Source: Heterodontus francisci (taxonomy: Eukaryota). From it: a stretch of DNA of 64,000 bases. Location of the stretch: NCBI RefSeq assembly GCF_036365525.1, contig NC_090374.1, forward strand, positions 149,819,804-149,883,803, in the 5' to 3' direction. This document shows, in pieces, positions 23,695-38,900 of this stretch. Below the pieces are notes generated by a model that had not been told where the DNA came from, ran no database searches, and saw only the letters and a list, made by a program, of their open reading frames with translations. Numbering within the stretch: position 1 is the first letter of the stretch; each line of letters opens with the position of its first letter. Position numbers and translations under genes: made by a program.

Positions 23695-26600
23695 GTGAGT
23701 AAGGATAAGGGAACCAGGGAAAAGCTGAGAGGGCCAGTGCCTTCAGTCGTGCTGCAGGGAAATATTTCGAAACCACTTACAATTCAGATTCTTTCTAAAT
23801 TTCACTTGCCGAAATTAAGCCGTCAATCGCCAAGACTAAACATCTATTTAAGGCAATGAAACTTGAGGTAGTTTAAATTACAAGAAACCTACCACCTTGG
23901 TACTGGAGAGGTGTTGATCATCAGCCAGACTCAAAGCAAAAAGAGTTGGAGAGACCATGAGGGAGAGAATGACAAACTAATCCTGTTTACAGGGTATTTA
24001 ATACTCAAATTGTTTGTGTATTTGCTCTCCCATGAAGAGAATTCAGAGGATTTTAGCTCCTTTGTCCTTGTCCTTGCTCTCTGCAATCTGTTGAGTCCTT
24101 GCTGGAATTCCAATGGTACATGTACTGGATATCCTGCAGCTAATTCAAGAAAAGGAAAGCTGCAAATGCTGGAAATTGACAGCAGGTCAGCTGGGATCTG
24201 AAAGGGAAAAATTGGTTATGATGTATGAGGTCACTAACATCTTCCAGCACTTCTTTCAAGCATGCAACCTTGAGAGGAGTGGTAGCAGAGCCATAGGTGC
24301 ATTATAGCTGAGCCCAAAGATGTACACAGACAGACATATGGACATGCACAGACACTTACTTTCCTGGGGAGGGGTCTCTGAGGCTAATTAAAATCCATTA
24401 GGTACCTGAGCCATACAGACTGACCAGTATGATGAGTGTGCTGCAATTGGCCTCAGCATCACTGTGTTAGGGAGGTGAAAATCAGCCTGTGCTCCTGTCC
24501 CTGATCACTATCCAGTGATCCCTGCTGGAAGTGTGTGTGTGTGAACATTAGGTGAGGATAGGACTGGGCTTGGCTGTGATCTCCCTGACACCAAATAGCC
24601 TCCTGACAATAGCTGTCCAGATTCACACATGACTAATAGCCAGTTCGGCAAATACCAGAGAGCTGTCAGTACCGGAGGCCTGTATCCAGTGAGGAGGCGA
24701 TGCCTTAAGCTAAGTGAGAGAGGATCACAAATCTTTTTATAAAATATGAAGAAAAGTCATAACTGGTAATGTCGTGCTGCTGTGTCAGCTCTTCAGTCAT
24801 GATCTTACTCTAGTCTGTAAGAGCTAAATGAAGAAAGGCTATTTGGCTACTTTAAAGGGTCTATTCAATTCATTCGACCCAACTGGTTTACTCTCCTGAT
24901 GGAAAATTCTGGATGAATATTCACTGATTCCCAAACATGATCAAGCAAAATACTGTCATATTAATTCCCACATTTTCAATTATTTAAATTTGGCTTCCTG
25001 CCTTCCATAGACAACATGACACCAGTGCAGAGGACCCTGCGTACCATGAAGTATTTGGTTATCTCTATCCATGTGTATCAATATCACCATCAATACCATT
25101 CCCAGCCAGATATTTATTCAACTTCTTTTTCAAATATCTCCACCTCAATTGCTTTATGGAGACAACCCCAAAATATAATTTTGTGCAACATATGAGTAAT
25201 GTCAAAAGAGCAACCAAGCCAAAATTAGTTACCCCAATTCGAATGTTAAAACTCTGCATTGAAGGAAAATCATACAGTGCTCCTAAATATAGTGTTGAGT
25301 GCCAAATATTGAATACTACTTTCCACTGCTGTGCTTTGGAGATGGCTGCAGTACATCAGAAGTGTTGGTTCATGTGTTTGTGTCTTTTAATAATGCACTA
25401 CGGGATGACCACTGTGCACCAAGGACAACTCTTCTGGTTAACCTCTAGATTTTGCCTGCATAATAACTTCAAATTGTTTCATTGTGTTTGAAGTGCTTTG
25501 GGATATTTTTGAGTGATATGAGAAGGTGCTATATAAAAGCAAGGTTAACTTTGAAGAAAAAAAATCAATCTCCAGTGTGAGTTAACTCTAGTTCTTTTTT
25601 TTAATTAAAAGTATATAAAGATTCAGGGTGGCCTCGATCTTAACTAGCTTTTATGCTTTGTTACTGGGCAAAATTACATGGAGCTGTTTTAAGGGTCAGG
25701 CATGAACCTGACTGTTCGTGGATAAGTACAGAGTTATGTATGGCACACAGTTCCACAATACTTCCCCAAATAATGGCCCCTCCAGTGGTGCCCGCCAGTA
25801 ATGATGATTAAGATAATTTGGGCATTGTCGCTGGGGATTTACTCAAGACCTCCTTCCCTCCACTGCTGGAACTTTGGTGCAAATTCAATGAAAACCCAGT
25901 TTACGTGTACCAACGATTGAAAAGGGCCTGTGAAAATTCCCAGGGTGTGTTTGAACAGTCAGAAATTTGGTTCATTAGGAAACAAAGCCAAAAATGAAGT
26001 CCGAATTTTAGCAGCACTCATTCTCCTTAGCCTACAATGACACCTTCTTCATTATGGTATATACTGGTTTCAATGGATGCTAACAAATGCAGCTAAGCAT
26101 TAGCACCATTTTGAGCTGCAGATTAGATAAGCACAGACACAATGCAGGGTATTTCCCTCAGGGTCTCTCCAGCTCCAGTGCCATAACTTGGCAAATTTGG
26201 AATCTCCACATGCAAAGGGTTTTCTGCTGAACTTCCACCAAAGTTAAGCTGGTGGAGTGGGAGAAACTCCAAAGGAATTCACCCTTCCCCCATAGAAATT
26301 CTTTCCTTCATCCACTAGATGACTAGGATCACACAGACCTGCCCTTTTTCTCCTCTCCCCAACCCCCCAAAACAGAGGTACACTGTCAGCTGAGAGGTAA
26401 AAACTTATGTTTAACTGCAATATCCATAATATCCATTGTTGTGTAAACTACTGCAGAATTCTTGCAAGGAATGATTAACTTTTTACATTAAAATATTGAA
26501 GGTATTTATGTGAATCAATCGTGTTTCACATTGACAAAGCATTAAGCCAATCATGGCGTTTAGACAATAATGTTATAATTAGCCATGCACTGTAAAAAAA

Positions 26601-27621
26601 AATGATGTGGTTATCTGTTCTTGCTTTAACATTATAAAGAGGCAGGAAACCCTGAGTGCAAAGTGGCTATATCTGGGGGTGCAGAGCCAGCCCAGCTCGG
26701 TTTGTAACTCAGCTTATTGAAGCTCACATTCTTCCTCTCTGAAAGTTTTAAGTAATGAGAAAACTGAAGTGAAAGGCCAAAGCTTGGGCTGAAAAGAATA
26801 GAAGAGGTGAGGTAAATCGGGAAGTGACGTTGACAAGTTTGGGTTTTAAAAGCCTGAAGATTGTGGGAGGAAAGAAAGACTAAGGGAGGTGAAGTGAGAA
26901 GTTGTGTTTCGAGAAAGAGTGAGTTGGTAGGAGACTGTGTGGGTAGTGGTTTCAGCAGAGAGAGGGTGTGGGGCAGCATGTTTGGAGATGTGTTTAAATG
27001 TTGCTCTCTTCTGGAAAAGTAAATGATTCCTACAAAATATTCAACAGCAGCAGATTAAAATCTGGCCATGATAAAGAGAATCAAGTTCCAGAAATCTTTT
27101 TAGATGAAGGTCATCTTAAAATCTTTCATGGCCTGCGAATGAATTCTAGTAGAAAAGGTGCCCTCTTTTGTTATCTCCAAACTCTTATCAACCCTTTGGT
27201 AACTTGCAGTATACATAGCCACCTGCTTCCCACCACTGCCAGCCCCAACCCTACATCAACCCACGCTGTAATTTCAAATCTGAACTCAGGCGCCACTTAT
27301 CTGTTTCAATGGGACCAGTACAGAAATTTCCAGAAAACAAATGTGCACTCTTCACCACCAAAGACTGGAGTGGATCTGTCCCCACTCATGACAGAATATT
27401 AGATAGTCCTTTGAAAAGAAAATCACAGAATATAAGGTCCTTCATTCCCCTGCACCATTCCCTCAGTACTGCACTGAAGTTCCAGCCTAGATTATATGCT
27501 CAGGTCTCTGGAGGGGGGGTTTGAACCTATGGCCTCTGACTCAAAGATGAAAGTGCCACTACTGAGCCACAGCTGAGCCAGTGGGATTTGGATGATAGAA
27601 AGGAAATGGACGTTTCTGTCT

Positions 27622-30410
27622 GAACAAAGAACAAAGAACAGTACAGCACAGGAACAGGCCATTCGGCCCTCCAAGCCTGCACCGATCTTGATGCCTGCCT
27701 AAACTAAAACTTTCTGCATTTCCGGGGACCGTATCCCTCTATTCCCATCCTATTCATGTATTTGTCAAGACGTCTCTTAAACGTCGCTTTCGTATCTGCT
27801 TCCACCACCTCCCCCGGCAGCAAGTTCCAGGCACTCACCACCCTCTGTGTAAAGAACTTGCATCGCACATCCCCTCTAAACTTTGCCCCTCTCACCTTAA
27901 ACCTATGTCCCCTAGTAACTGACTCTTCCACCCTGGGAAAAAGCTTCTGACTATCCACTCTGTCCATGCCGCTCATAACTTTGTAAACCTCTACCATGTC
28001 ACCCCTCCACCTCCGTCGTTCCAGTGAAAACAATCCGAGTTTTTCCAACCTCTCCTCATAGCTAATGCCCTCCAGACCAGGCAACATCCTGGTAAACCTC
28101 TTCTGTACCCTCTCCAAAGCCTCCACGTCCTTCTGGTGGTGTGGCGACCAGAATTGCACGCAATATTCTAAGTGTAGCCTGACAGAAGTTCTGTACAGCT
28201 GCAGCATGACTTGCCAATTTTTATAATCTATGCCCCGACCTATGAAGGCAAGCATGCCGTATGCCTTCTTGACTACCTTATCCACCTGCGTTGCCACTTT
28301 CAGTGACCTGTGGACCTGTACGCCCAGATCTCTCTGCCTGTAAATACTCCTAAGGGTTCTGCCATTTACTGTATACTTCCCACCTGCATTAGATCTTCCA
28401 AAATGCATTACCTCACATTTGTCTGGATTAAACTCCATCTGCCATTTCTCCGCCCAAGTCTCCAACCGATCTATATCCTGCTGTATCCTCTGACAATCCT
28501 CATCACTATCCGCAACTCCATCAACCTTTGTGTTTTCCGCAAACTTACTAATCAGACCAGCTACACTTTCCTCCAAATCATTTATATATACTACAAAGAT
28601 CAAAGGTCCCAGCACTGATCCCTGCGGAACACCACTAGTCACATCCCTCCATTCAGAAAAGCACCCTTCCACTGCTACCCTTTGTCTTCTATGACACAGC
28701 CAGTTCTGTATCCATCTTGCCAGCTCACGTGTGACTTCACCTTTTGTACCAGTCTGCCATGAGGGACCTTGTCAAAGGCTTTACTGAAGTCCATATAGAT
28801 AACATCCACTGCCCTTCCTTCATCAATCATCTTTGTCACTTCCTCAAAAAACTCAATCAAATTAGTGAGACATGACCTCCCCTTCACAAAACCATGCTGC
28901 CTCTCGCTAATAAGTCCATTTGTTTCCAAATGGGAGTAAATCCTGTCCCGAAGAATCCTCTCTAATAATTTCCCAGCACTGATGTAAGGCTCACCGGCCT
29001 ATAATTTCCTGGATTATCCTTGCTACCCTTCTTAAACAAAGGAACAACATTGGCTATTCTCCAGTCCTCTGGGACCTCACCTGTAGCCAATGAGGATGCA
29101 AATATTTCTGTCAAGGCCCCAGCAATTTCTTCCCTTGCCTCCCTGAGTATTCTGGGGTAGATCCCATCAGGCCCTGGGGACTTATCTACCTTAATGCTTT
29201 GCAAGACACCCAACACCTCCTCCTTTTTGATAATGAGATGACTGAGACTATCTGCACTCCCTTCCCTAGGCTCATCATCCACCAAGTCCTTCTCTTTGGT
29301 GAATACTGATGCAAAGTACTCATTTAGTACCTCGCCCATTTCCTCTGGCTCCACACATAGATTCCCTTCTCTGTCCTTGAGCGGGCCAACCCTTTCCCTG
29401 GTTACCCTCTTGCTCTTTATATATGTATAAAAAGCCTTGGGATTATCCTTAATCCTGTTTGCCAATGACTTTTCATGACCCCTTTTCGTCCTCCTAACTC
29501 CTTGCTTAAGTTCCTTTCTACTGTCTTTATATTCCTCAAGGGATTCGTCTGTTCCTAGCCTACCAGCCCTTATGAATGCTTCCTTTTTCTTTTTGACTAG
29601 GCTCACAATATCCCGCGTTATCCAAGGTTCCCGAAACTTGCCAAACTTATCCTTCTTCCTCACAGGAACATGCTGGTCCTGGATTCTAATCAACTGACCT
29701 TTGAAAGACTCCCACATGTCAGATGTTGATTTACCCTCAAACAGCCGCCCCCAATCTAAATTCTTCAGTTCCTGCCTAATATTGTTATAATTAGCCTTCC
29801 CCCAATTTAGCACCTTCACCCGAGGACTACTCTTATCCTTATCCACAAGTACCTTAAAACTTATGGAATTATGGTCACTGTTCCCGAAATGCTCCCCTAC
29901 TGAAACTTCGTCCACCTGGCCGGGCTCATTCCCCAATACCAGGTCCACTACGGCCCCATCCCTAGTTGGACTATCTACATATTGTTTCAAGAAGCCCTCC
30001 TGGATGCTCCTTACAAATTCTGCCCCATCTAAGCCCCTAGCACTAAATGAGTCCCAGTCAATATAGGGGAAGTTAAAATCACCCACCACTACAACCCTGT
30101 TACTTTTACATCTTTCCAAAATCTGTCTACATATCTGCTCCTCTACCTCCCGCTGGCTGTTGGGAGGCCTGTAGTAAACCCCCAACATCGTGACTGCACC
30201 CTTCCTATTCCTGAGCTCCACCCATATTGCCTCGCTGCACGACCCCTCCGAGGTGTCCTCCTGCAGTACAGCTGTGATATTTTCCTGAACAAGTAATTCA
30301 ACTCCCCCACCCCTTTTACATCCCCCTCTATCCCGCCTGAAGCTTCTAAATCTTGGAACATTCAGCTGCCAATCCTGTCTTTCCCTCAACCAAGTCTCTG
30401 TAATAGCAAC
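27622..30410 (-). mobile_element. Young 5'-truncated CR1 LINE (APE endonuclease part plus RT, two frameshifts)
   Basis: ORFs 28962-30389, 28675-28929 and 27704-28672 with GDFNFP, SDHN, KSPGPDG, GVPQGSVLGP; (GAACAAA)n tail; TSD GTCT at 27618-27621 and 30411-30414. Confidence 0.95.
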
Positions 30411-31338
30411 GTCTTGTGACGGACTGTGTGAGGGTGTGGACAGGAGAACAGGCAGGTGTAGGGGGACTTTATTTGGTCAGTCAACCTTTACTTATTGTAA
30501 GTTCAGGGCTCTCAGTTGTGCTGTCTGTGCCCTTGTTGCCGGCTGTCCTCTCCATGCCTATAGTCTGCTTTATTATACTAGTTGTGGTTGCATGGGCCTC
30601 TTAAATCAGTCCTCTCCATCTGTCTGTGGATGCCTCACCTAAGGTCATCAGCCAGGAACGGTCACTAATTAACTACCCTGAGACATGGATTTGAGTTATT
30701 AGAGCTGGAATGGTGGATTGCTGAATGACGGATGAGTTATGGCAGCTCCCCGGGTATCTGGCACTTTGTGATCAGATGATCAGCATTGCACATTAGCTGC
30801 ACATTCCTGGGGATGAAAGGCCTTTCTGCTCATAAAGTAGAGAGGGTTTTCATATGGCTTTGAGCAGCATTTGAGTTCCACTGATTGCTCCCTGTGACTC
30901 CCTGACTGGAGAGCGCTCTCTCTCTCTCTTTCTCTGTCTCTTTGGTTCTCTGGTTCCATTGGGAAGGAAATGAATTGTGTAGCTCTCCTAAAGAGAGCAT
31001 CAGTGGCTTTCTTGCTACAGCGGTGAGCTGCTGACTGGCTGATGAAGCATAGACTGCTGGATGTTGCCTGGTTTACATTGAGGCAGTGGAGAATTTGAGT
31101 AGTGCAGCCAATGCTGTACTCCTTGTGGAAGAGGGCTACGGGTTTTCAGCCAGCATAGAATCATAACAGCACGAAAGGAGTTAACTTATTTCCTCAATAG
31201 CCTGCAGCGTGAAACACAGCCTTCTGAGACACTGACATTCAGGAACGTCTAAATAAGACCTTTTAGGTTACAGTGTACACACAGAGAGAAAAGCCTCCAA
31301 TCTGGCCTCTTACTTGTCCTCAACCTCTTCATAGTATA

Positions 31339-32935
31339 TAAGTAAAGCTCATCGGCAGCTGTCCCTCGATTCAAGGATGATGTTTACTCAGGGTTGCGAG
31401 TTTCTGCTATGGGTTTGCAGGTGACTGAACAGGCTGATTCTTGACCCACAGACCTTTGGGCACATGGGGCAGGACGTCCCACGAAGTAGTGGGATCTGGA
31501 GTGCAGGATTTGCTTCCTTTTCTTTCCTTCTCTGCTGCCGCTCTGCCTCAACATTAAGGCGTTTGGACTCAAAGTATGATGCAGCTTCATGGACAAGTCG
31601 TCGCCACTTTGAACGATTGGTAGCAAACTCCTCCCAGTCCTCAATGTCAATGCTGCTGTGCTTCAAAGAGAGCTTCAGAGTGTCTTTTAAGTGTTTTTTT
31701 GTCCTCCCATGGAACGCTGGCCATTTGCAAGTTGAGAAAACAGGACCTGGCGGGGGAGGCAGTGCAGTTTTTGGCCATCAAAGTTGATTTTGCTGGAGTT
31801 TCACCTGAAGACTTCTGAAGCTGGCTTCAAGAAGGACACTAGTGTTTGTTCAGTCCTCCCATTGAATCTGGAGGATGTGGTGGAGGCATTGCTGATGGAA
31901 TTTCTCTAGCACTCTTATGTGTCGCTGATACACGGTCCAGGTCTCACTGCAGTACAGGAGTGTGGTGACAACAACTTCTCTGTACACTTGGACGTTTGTT
32001 GACTTGCAGAGGTCTTTGTTGTCAAACGCTTGCTGCTGTAGTTTGTAGAAGGCTGAGTTGGCGCAACTGATCTGGCGTTGGATCTCCAATGGTGACCTTT
32101 TGAGAGAGGTGGCTGCCAAGGTATGGGAAATATTCAACATATTCCAGAGTCTTGCCTTCAACATATATGGGAGGTGGAATATTTGGCTGACCAGGTGTGG
32201 GTTGACAAATGAGTTTTGTTTTGACAGCATTCAAGGACAGGCCCAGTCTCTTGTATGAAGATTTGAAGAGATCAAGAGTGGCTTGCTAATCTGTTGCAGA
32301 ATGGACAACGACACTTCAAACTGCAGATCATGTATGTTTTATGGTGGTCAGTTTAGTTTTGGCACGGAGGCGACTGAGTTTGAAGAGTTTTCCATCTAGA
32401 CAGTATTTAATACTCACACCAGAGGGCAGTTGATCTTTGATGGGTGAATGGCCACCATCAGATGGATTGTGAATACTATGGGGGCTATCACACAGCCTTG
32501 CTTGACCCCAGTCCGGATTTTAAAGGCATCTGTTTCAGATCTCCCACTCAAGACAGTTGCAGTCATATCAACATTGCAATTGCAGGATAACGTTTCTTGG
32601 ACATCCAAATCTTTACAGCACAATCCACAGAACCTTGTGATTTACTGAGTCAAATGCTTTGGTCAGGTCAATGAATGCAATGAAGAGTTCCTGATGTTGT
32701 TCTCGACATTTTCTTGAATTTGTCTGGCAACAAAGACCATGTCAGAGGTTCCTCTGCAAGGTCTAACGCCATACTGTGTGTCTCTGTGATGATTTTCTCA
32801 GCCACAGGAAGTAGGTGATTCAGGAGAATGTGTATCAGGATTTTCCCTACCATGGACAAGAGAGAAGTACCTAGATAGTTTTCACAGTGTGATTTATCTC
32901 CCTTCTTGAAGATAGTTATAATTGTTGCATAGGGA
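31339..32935 (-). mobile_element. RTE-clade (BovB-like) LINE 3' portion, decayed
   Basis: IFKKGDKSHCENY.G.SLLS..GKIL, GVKQGCVIAP, LLYCSETWTVY and C-terminal CPMCPKVCGSRISLFSHLQTH zinc finger. Confidence 0.85.
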
Positions 32936-35763
32936 AACCCATGCCTAGAGTGCTGAGCAGCACTTTGAGAAAAGCTAAGTAAAAGTAACAGCAAAAGACT
33001 GAATCATACCCCGAACTAATTTAAAGGACTCTATGTAAGCGGGGCAACACCAATCTTCAGAATGAACACACAAAATGGCTTCTTCCTAGCTGCCTCAGGG
33101 CTACCTACTGCAGCTTCTATCACCATATTTAGTAGCATTAATCATTTGAGAGGAAATGAAAGGAAATGGATCGGAGGGTTCTGGCCACACTGTCCTAATT
33201 CATGGATTATAATCCTAAAGCGCAGCAGGAATTGAGTGGGAAGGTGGTTCAAATGGCCGTCGAGCACTTACCACTGCATTCCCAAGCTGTTTGTGTCCAC
33301 CACCATTTTAACCTCTTCAATTCCTGTTGTGGGGAAGTCGCCCTCCAGAGTCTGATGGTGTCGTTTGGACCCTGATTCAATATTAATTACCGAGTATGCA
33401 GAGATGCCCATTGCTGGAGGTGCTAGTGAATGCCGGTGGGAGGCAGGATCGGCTGCAGAAGAGCCCTTGGTCGGTATTTACCATTTTTAAAAGTGTCCTT
33501 GTGGTCCAGGAGGAACAGGAGATCTTCTCTTATCCCAAACTTCCCTCCTCCCCTGATAACGATTGCCTGTGTAGAACGTCTCCTCAAGTTCCCGGCAGCG
33601 ATCCCATGACATGTGCCATTCTGCTCCCATCCATTGGCCACATTGTCATTCCCGCTGGATTCAGGCAGGAGGATGGTAATGAGGTCAGCATGCTAAAATA
33701 GCTCAGGCCTTGCGCTGGTGCTGTCATGGTCTCTTCCTGTAGGCTCGGGGTTTCCCATGCTGCCTTCCTGCTCAGACTTAAAATTGGGGCTAGTACTTCA
33801 GTGTGCAGTACTTGAGCATTATCAGTCTAGTGTCAGTCTCTGCACTGTACCTGAACATACTGATTTTGTCCCCTGTCAGACTCTGCAATGTATCTGAATT
33901 GTGCTGAACCAGTCCTTTTAAATGCTTGTTGCCAAGACTGGTTACAAAAGAGCTTTATTCCGAGCAATGACATCCCTCGCCTTGATGGACATAAATACAA
34001 TTTATAAAATATATAAAATAGACAAATGTATCTCCATATATTAAACTTCTACAGAAAAAACATAAAAGCCAATGTAAATTTATCATTTATGTTTAATATA
34101 TGTACTTAATACCCAGCTATTCCCATTCATTCAACTCTATCCATTAAATAGGTCCTGGAATACCACTTACTAATAGATCAGACATCGAGCTTTTATGAAA
34201 TGTCAACTAAAGGTTGCAGGCTTTGAACAAATTATTTATTTTATTGGATGGAAGGATGATTCCCAAATGTATTATCTAATACAAGATACAAGGTCACTCT
34301 TTGAATATGTCTTGTTTTGACTTTGTTTGCTGGATAAACCAATGCTTTCGCCCCAAAAGCTGTTTTGTTTTGCACCAGGGGTTTAGCAGCAGTGGTGTGG
34401 TATTGATGACTAACTCCAACATGTCTGTCTTTTGCTGCAGTTTTGTTCCTACAAAAAGAGATGTTTATTTGTAAAATACAAAGAGACATGGGCAATGTGC
34501 CACACTGGACTAGCCGTGCACCCAGTTTGCAACAGCAGGCTGACTGACACAAACAAATAACTAGATCAAAATTCTGGCTCACAGTTCACTGTCCCACTGA
34601 GGGAGTGCTGCATTATCAGAGGTGCTGCCTTTCATGTGAGATGTTAAGCAAGGCACCATCTCCCAGTTCAGATGAATGTAAATACATCCTGATGTCCTGA
34701 TCAACATTCCTTCGTTAACCAAAGCAAAGTACCTTGTCATTTATCTCATTACTGTTTGAGGGACCTTCTCATATTTGCTGAGAAAGCAGTCGTGGGTATA
34801 CTTCAGAAGTAATTTTTAAAAAATTAATTCTTGGAATATGGGCATCACTGGAAAGGCTGGCATTTATTACTCATCCCTAGTTGCCCTTGAGAAGGTGGTG
34901 GTGAGCTGCCTTTTTGAACTGCTGCAATCTATGTGGTGATGGGAAGGAAGATCCAGGATTTTGACCAGTGACACTGAAGGAACGATGATGGATGTCCAAG
35001 TCACGGTAGTGTATCATTTGAAGGAGAACACGAAGATGTTGATGTTCCCATTTTCCTGCTGTCCTTAGTCCTTCTAGGTGGTAGAGGTTGCAGATTTGGA
35101 GGGTGCTGCCAAAAATAGTCTTGGTGAGCTGCTGTTGTGCATCCTGTAGATACTACACAGTGCAGCCATGGTGTGTTGATGTAATTCATCAGTCATAAAG
35201 TGTTTTGGGATATCCTCACCATATGAAATTCAATATATAAATGCAATTTCTTTCTTCACTAAAAGCTACATTTCCACTAGGGGTAAATGCTGTCTATCCC
35301 TGTGTGTAGCAGTTGCAGTCTGATTGTCTTCTCCATAAAGGGACTCATGGACACTCACTGTTTGAGGCCCATTTAATCAGTGATGAAGCCAGAGTGGGAA
35401 GTTACGCCCCTCCTGCAATCAATTGGAGGTCACCCAAAACCAACTGCAAATAATTTACTCCCTTAACTTTTAAATTCCCAAAACATTGCGGATTTGAGCC
35501 TGCCGCAAATGGCAAAGTGACATTAGATGAGACAGATTAGATGGGACAGATCAGCCATGATCTTATTGAATGGCAGGGCAGGCTTGAGGGGCTGAATGGC
35601 CTACTCCTGCTCCTATTTCTTATGTCATCATGGGCACACCGTGCTAAGTCAGGCACATCTGGACGTCGACCCCTCCCCCAATCGTTCGAACTTCGCATTG
35701 CTCCTACTTTTAGTACAGCGTTTAGAGGAACCTTGGGAGCAGGGTAGCAGTATCTCAGACAAT

Positions 35764-35946
35764 AATAAATAAAAACAGAAAGTGCTGGAAATGCTCAGCA
35801 GATCACCCATTCTGATGAAAGATCACAGACCTTAACCATTAACTCTGCTTCTCTCTCCACAGATGTTGCCTGACCTGCTGAGTATTTACAGCACTTTCTG
35901 TTTTTATTTCAGATTACCAGCATCTGCAGTATTTTGCTCTTATTTT
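35764..35946. mobile_element. Short Penelope-like fold-back element
   Basis: Inverted arms AATAAAAACAGAAAGTGCTG..CTCAGCAG / CTGCTGAG..CAGCACTTTCTGTTTTTATT; 15-bp TSD AGTATC(T/G)CAGACAAT at 35749-35763 and 35947-35961; family assignment from recall. Confidence 0.65.
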
Positions 35947-38900
35947 AGTATCGCAGACAATCTCTTTTGCTTGTTGATTCAAGGTCTATGTTTCAGCCAC
36001 TGCATCGCTCCTTATTTACACAAGATGAGAAAGGGTTCTCAGAATGGGAAGCTTGTACATTATGCATGCAGAATCCTATTTTGCAATTTTTTACAAACGG
36101 ACTTGCATTCATATAGTGCCATGGCAGATCTCTCAAACTATTCCAAAATTCTTCAAATACCATGAGTTATCTGGAAGCGTAGAGATTACTGTTATGTGGG
36201 CAAACACATCAGCTATTTGTACACTGCAATACCTCTCAAACAGCAATGGTGCTCCTTTAACCTGTGTATTCTAGTTCCACTGATAGAGGTGAAATTCCTT
36301 CTTGTTCATTTAAAGGAAGAGATTTCCTCCATAATTAAGAACCTTTAGAAATTTTGCGTTACAAAGCCAAGCATTCCTGTAATTTCATTAGTGAGTTGGC
36401 ACATTATGAAGAAAACATGCATTCTCCCATTTTTCATAAGGAGTATTCCATTTTCATTATTCACCACAGTTAATCAATGACAGTTCTGTTAACGAGTTGT
36501 TTCAGTTCAAAGTGCTTTAGATGAACTTTGATCTTTTTCCAAAAGTGCTATTTGCTGCCAATTTGAAACATAGTAATAGATTTAATTTTCTGTCTTTCGG
36601 ATTAAAAGTTAAACCTCAGGTAGACATAAACCAGTGTAATCCCATTCGTAAGCCACCAGCCACATGTGGTTAATTAGGAATCCAGATGTGGCTAATTGAA
36701 TTTCGAATTAGTGGATAAAAAATGAGTAGTAGGCACTGTTGTTGGGCATGTGGTCTCAATGCTGATTCACATGGAGCATGCATGTGAACTTTAGCCTTTT
36801 TTCATCTGTTAGCAAAATGGTGAGACAAAAAGCACTGTGCAAGAGCTTTTGATCATTGCTTTACTTCCTTAGTTACTGGATGATGGTAGGTGTTTTTTAA
36901 GTAAACATACATGTACACAATCACAAAAATATACTACACAAGGTTTTAAATAAAATAGTGCATGTGGCTAAGATGGTATCATCATAGTCTCACCTGTGGC
37001 TAGTCTGTGATTTCTACTGGACAGGGCTGACAGAAGAGATCCCACGGGACTGTTTGAAGAGCAAAGGACTTTCCCTGATGTCCTGGCCAATGTTTATCCC
37101 TCAACCAACATCATTAAACCGGATTGTTTGGTCATTATCTCATTGCTGTTTATGGGATCTGTCTGTGTGTAATTTGGCTACCATGTTTTTCTACATTATA
37201 ATAGTGACTACACTTCAAAAATGTACTTCATTGGCTGTGAAGCATTTTTTGACATCCTGAGGATGTGAAAGGAACTATATAAATGCAACTTTGTCTTTTT
37301 GTCAAACTGGAAATTTAAATGTTTAATAACGCTTGAAAAAAAATGAAACACAGCCCTCTTGTGTCAGCCTGATGTTGTGCTATGATTTATGTAATGCAGC
37401 CTTCTCTGAAAAGCTTAAAAATCCTTCAAGATTTTTGTGGTTGAGGTGATTTTTCTCTCCCTATGAAAGAGCTGGAAGATGGGAATCTTGCACATCCCTT
37501 ATTAGCCACTTCAAGAGAAGCATTGATGAGGTGGAAATACCTTATTTTTAATGCATTTGTTCAATTACAATTGACTCCATACATTGTTAAATTGTATACA
37601 GCATATACAATGCATTGTGAGTGTGTTAGTTCTACTTACATGTCCCTGGGTGGTTTACTACACATGCCCTCAGTTCCATTGTCTGGCCTGCCACTGGTGT
37701 CTTTAGGGTTTTCTGTAGTTGGTCAGTTTGATCTTTGCCCTCTAGATCAGTGCCTGCACTGTGTTAGGGCTGCGATTGATGCCTTGACGTCAAGTAAGGC
37801 CTTTGGACCTCAACTGAAATTGGTAAGGTCCTGGCAGGCGAGCTGTGCTTGGAGGGTGGGGAGGGTAGTGGTGTGGTGAGGGGCTTGATTGGAGCCTGCA
37901 TCTTACAGGGATTACGATGATGAGGCCCAAGGAAGACTTTGATTTGGTTCACGGGCCTCTCCAGTGCTGCACACCACAAGAATCGTGGGTGCAATGAAAG
38001 GTTTAGATTTCTTTTATGTCCTAATGCTGTTCAAATGCATTTTAAATACACAGCTCTGTCATCCCCTACTGGGAATAGGGCAGTTCAACAAGGTCCACTT
38101 AGGCTACCCTGACCCTGCAGTATAAAGCAGCTTTGGAGACTCGCACGCCACCAACATTCACCCTTGCTGCCAGGAAAAGTGACAAAATCTCAAGGCCAAT
38201 AATGACCAGGATGATGATCTTATTTCCCCCCTCCCGATGGATGCAAGGTGCCAGAGGTTCAACAGAATTTCCCAGCACAGTTTGCAAACCGTCTCAGCAC
38301 TGCTGCATCTCCGATAGAGGCTTGCACTGTGACCAGAGGGCAGAACCAGGAGAGCTGTGTTCCTGACCACTGGATGGAAAGACCCAAGTTCCATAAATCT
38401 TACTGGGGGAGGGAATAACTTTCAACCATTAATCTTCGGGCTGGTCCTGGGACTCCCATGGACCCTCTGGTCCTGGCACCTGCTTTTTTTTCCCTCTTCG
38501 TGTAAGTCAGAGGAATGTGAGGCAGGACCTCTGGAACAGCTGCCTCCTGCCTGGACTGCAGTGTTACAGTCGGCCTACATCTACCCTAGGCTCAACCCCA
38601 GAAAGTACTGGAAATAGCAAGGCATCAACGACCAGTCGGGAGAAATCCCAAAGAAATTCCTGACTAGGATTTCATGCAGCGGCATGTGGGATTGTGTGCT
38701 GTGCTGCCACCATCCAGCAGAGGGAGCCACACTTCACTACAGCAGTAAATTGATCATGAATAACTAAAACAGCTAATTTTTACACTTACGATACTGGAAA
38801 TACACTACAGGACCGTCTACATCTAGAAAGAGAAAGAGAGGCTAACTTTCCATGTGGAAAATGTTCATCAGAACTGGAAGATAAGCTTAAACTCTTCAAC

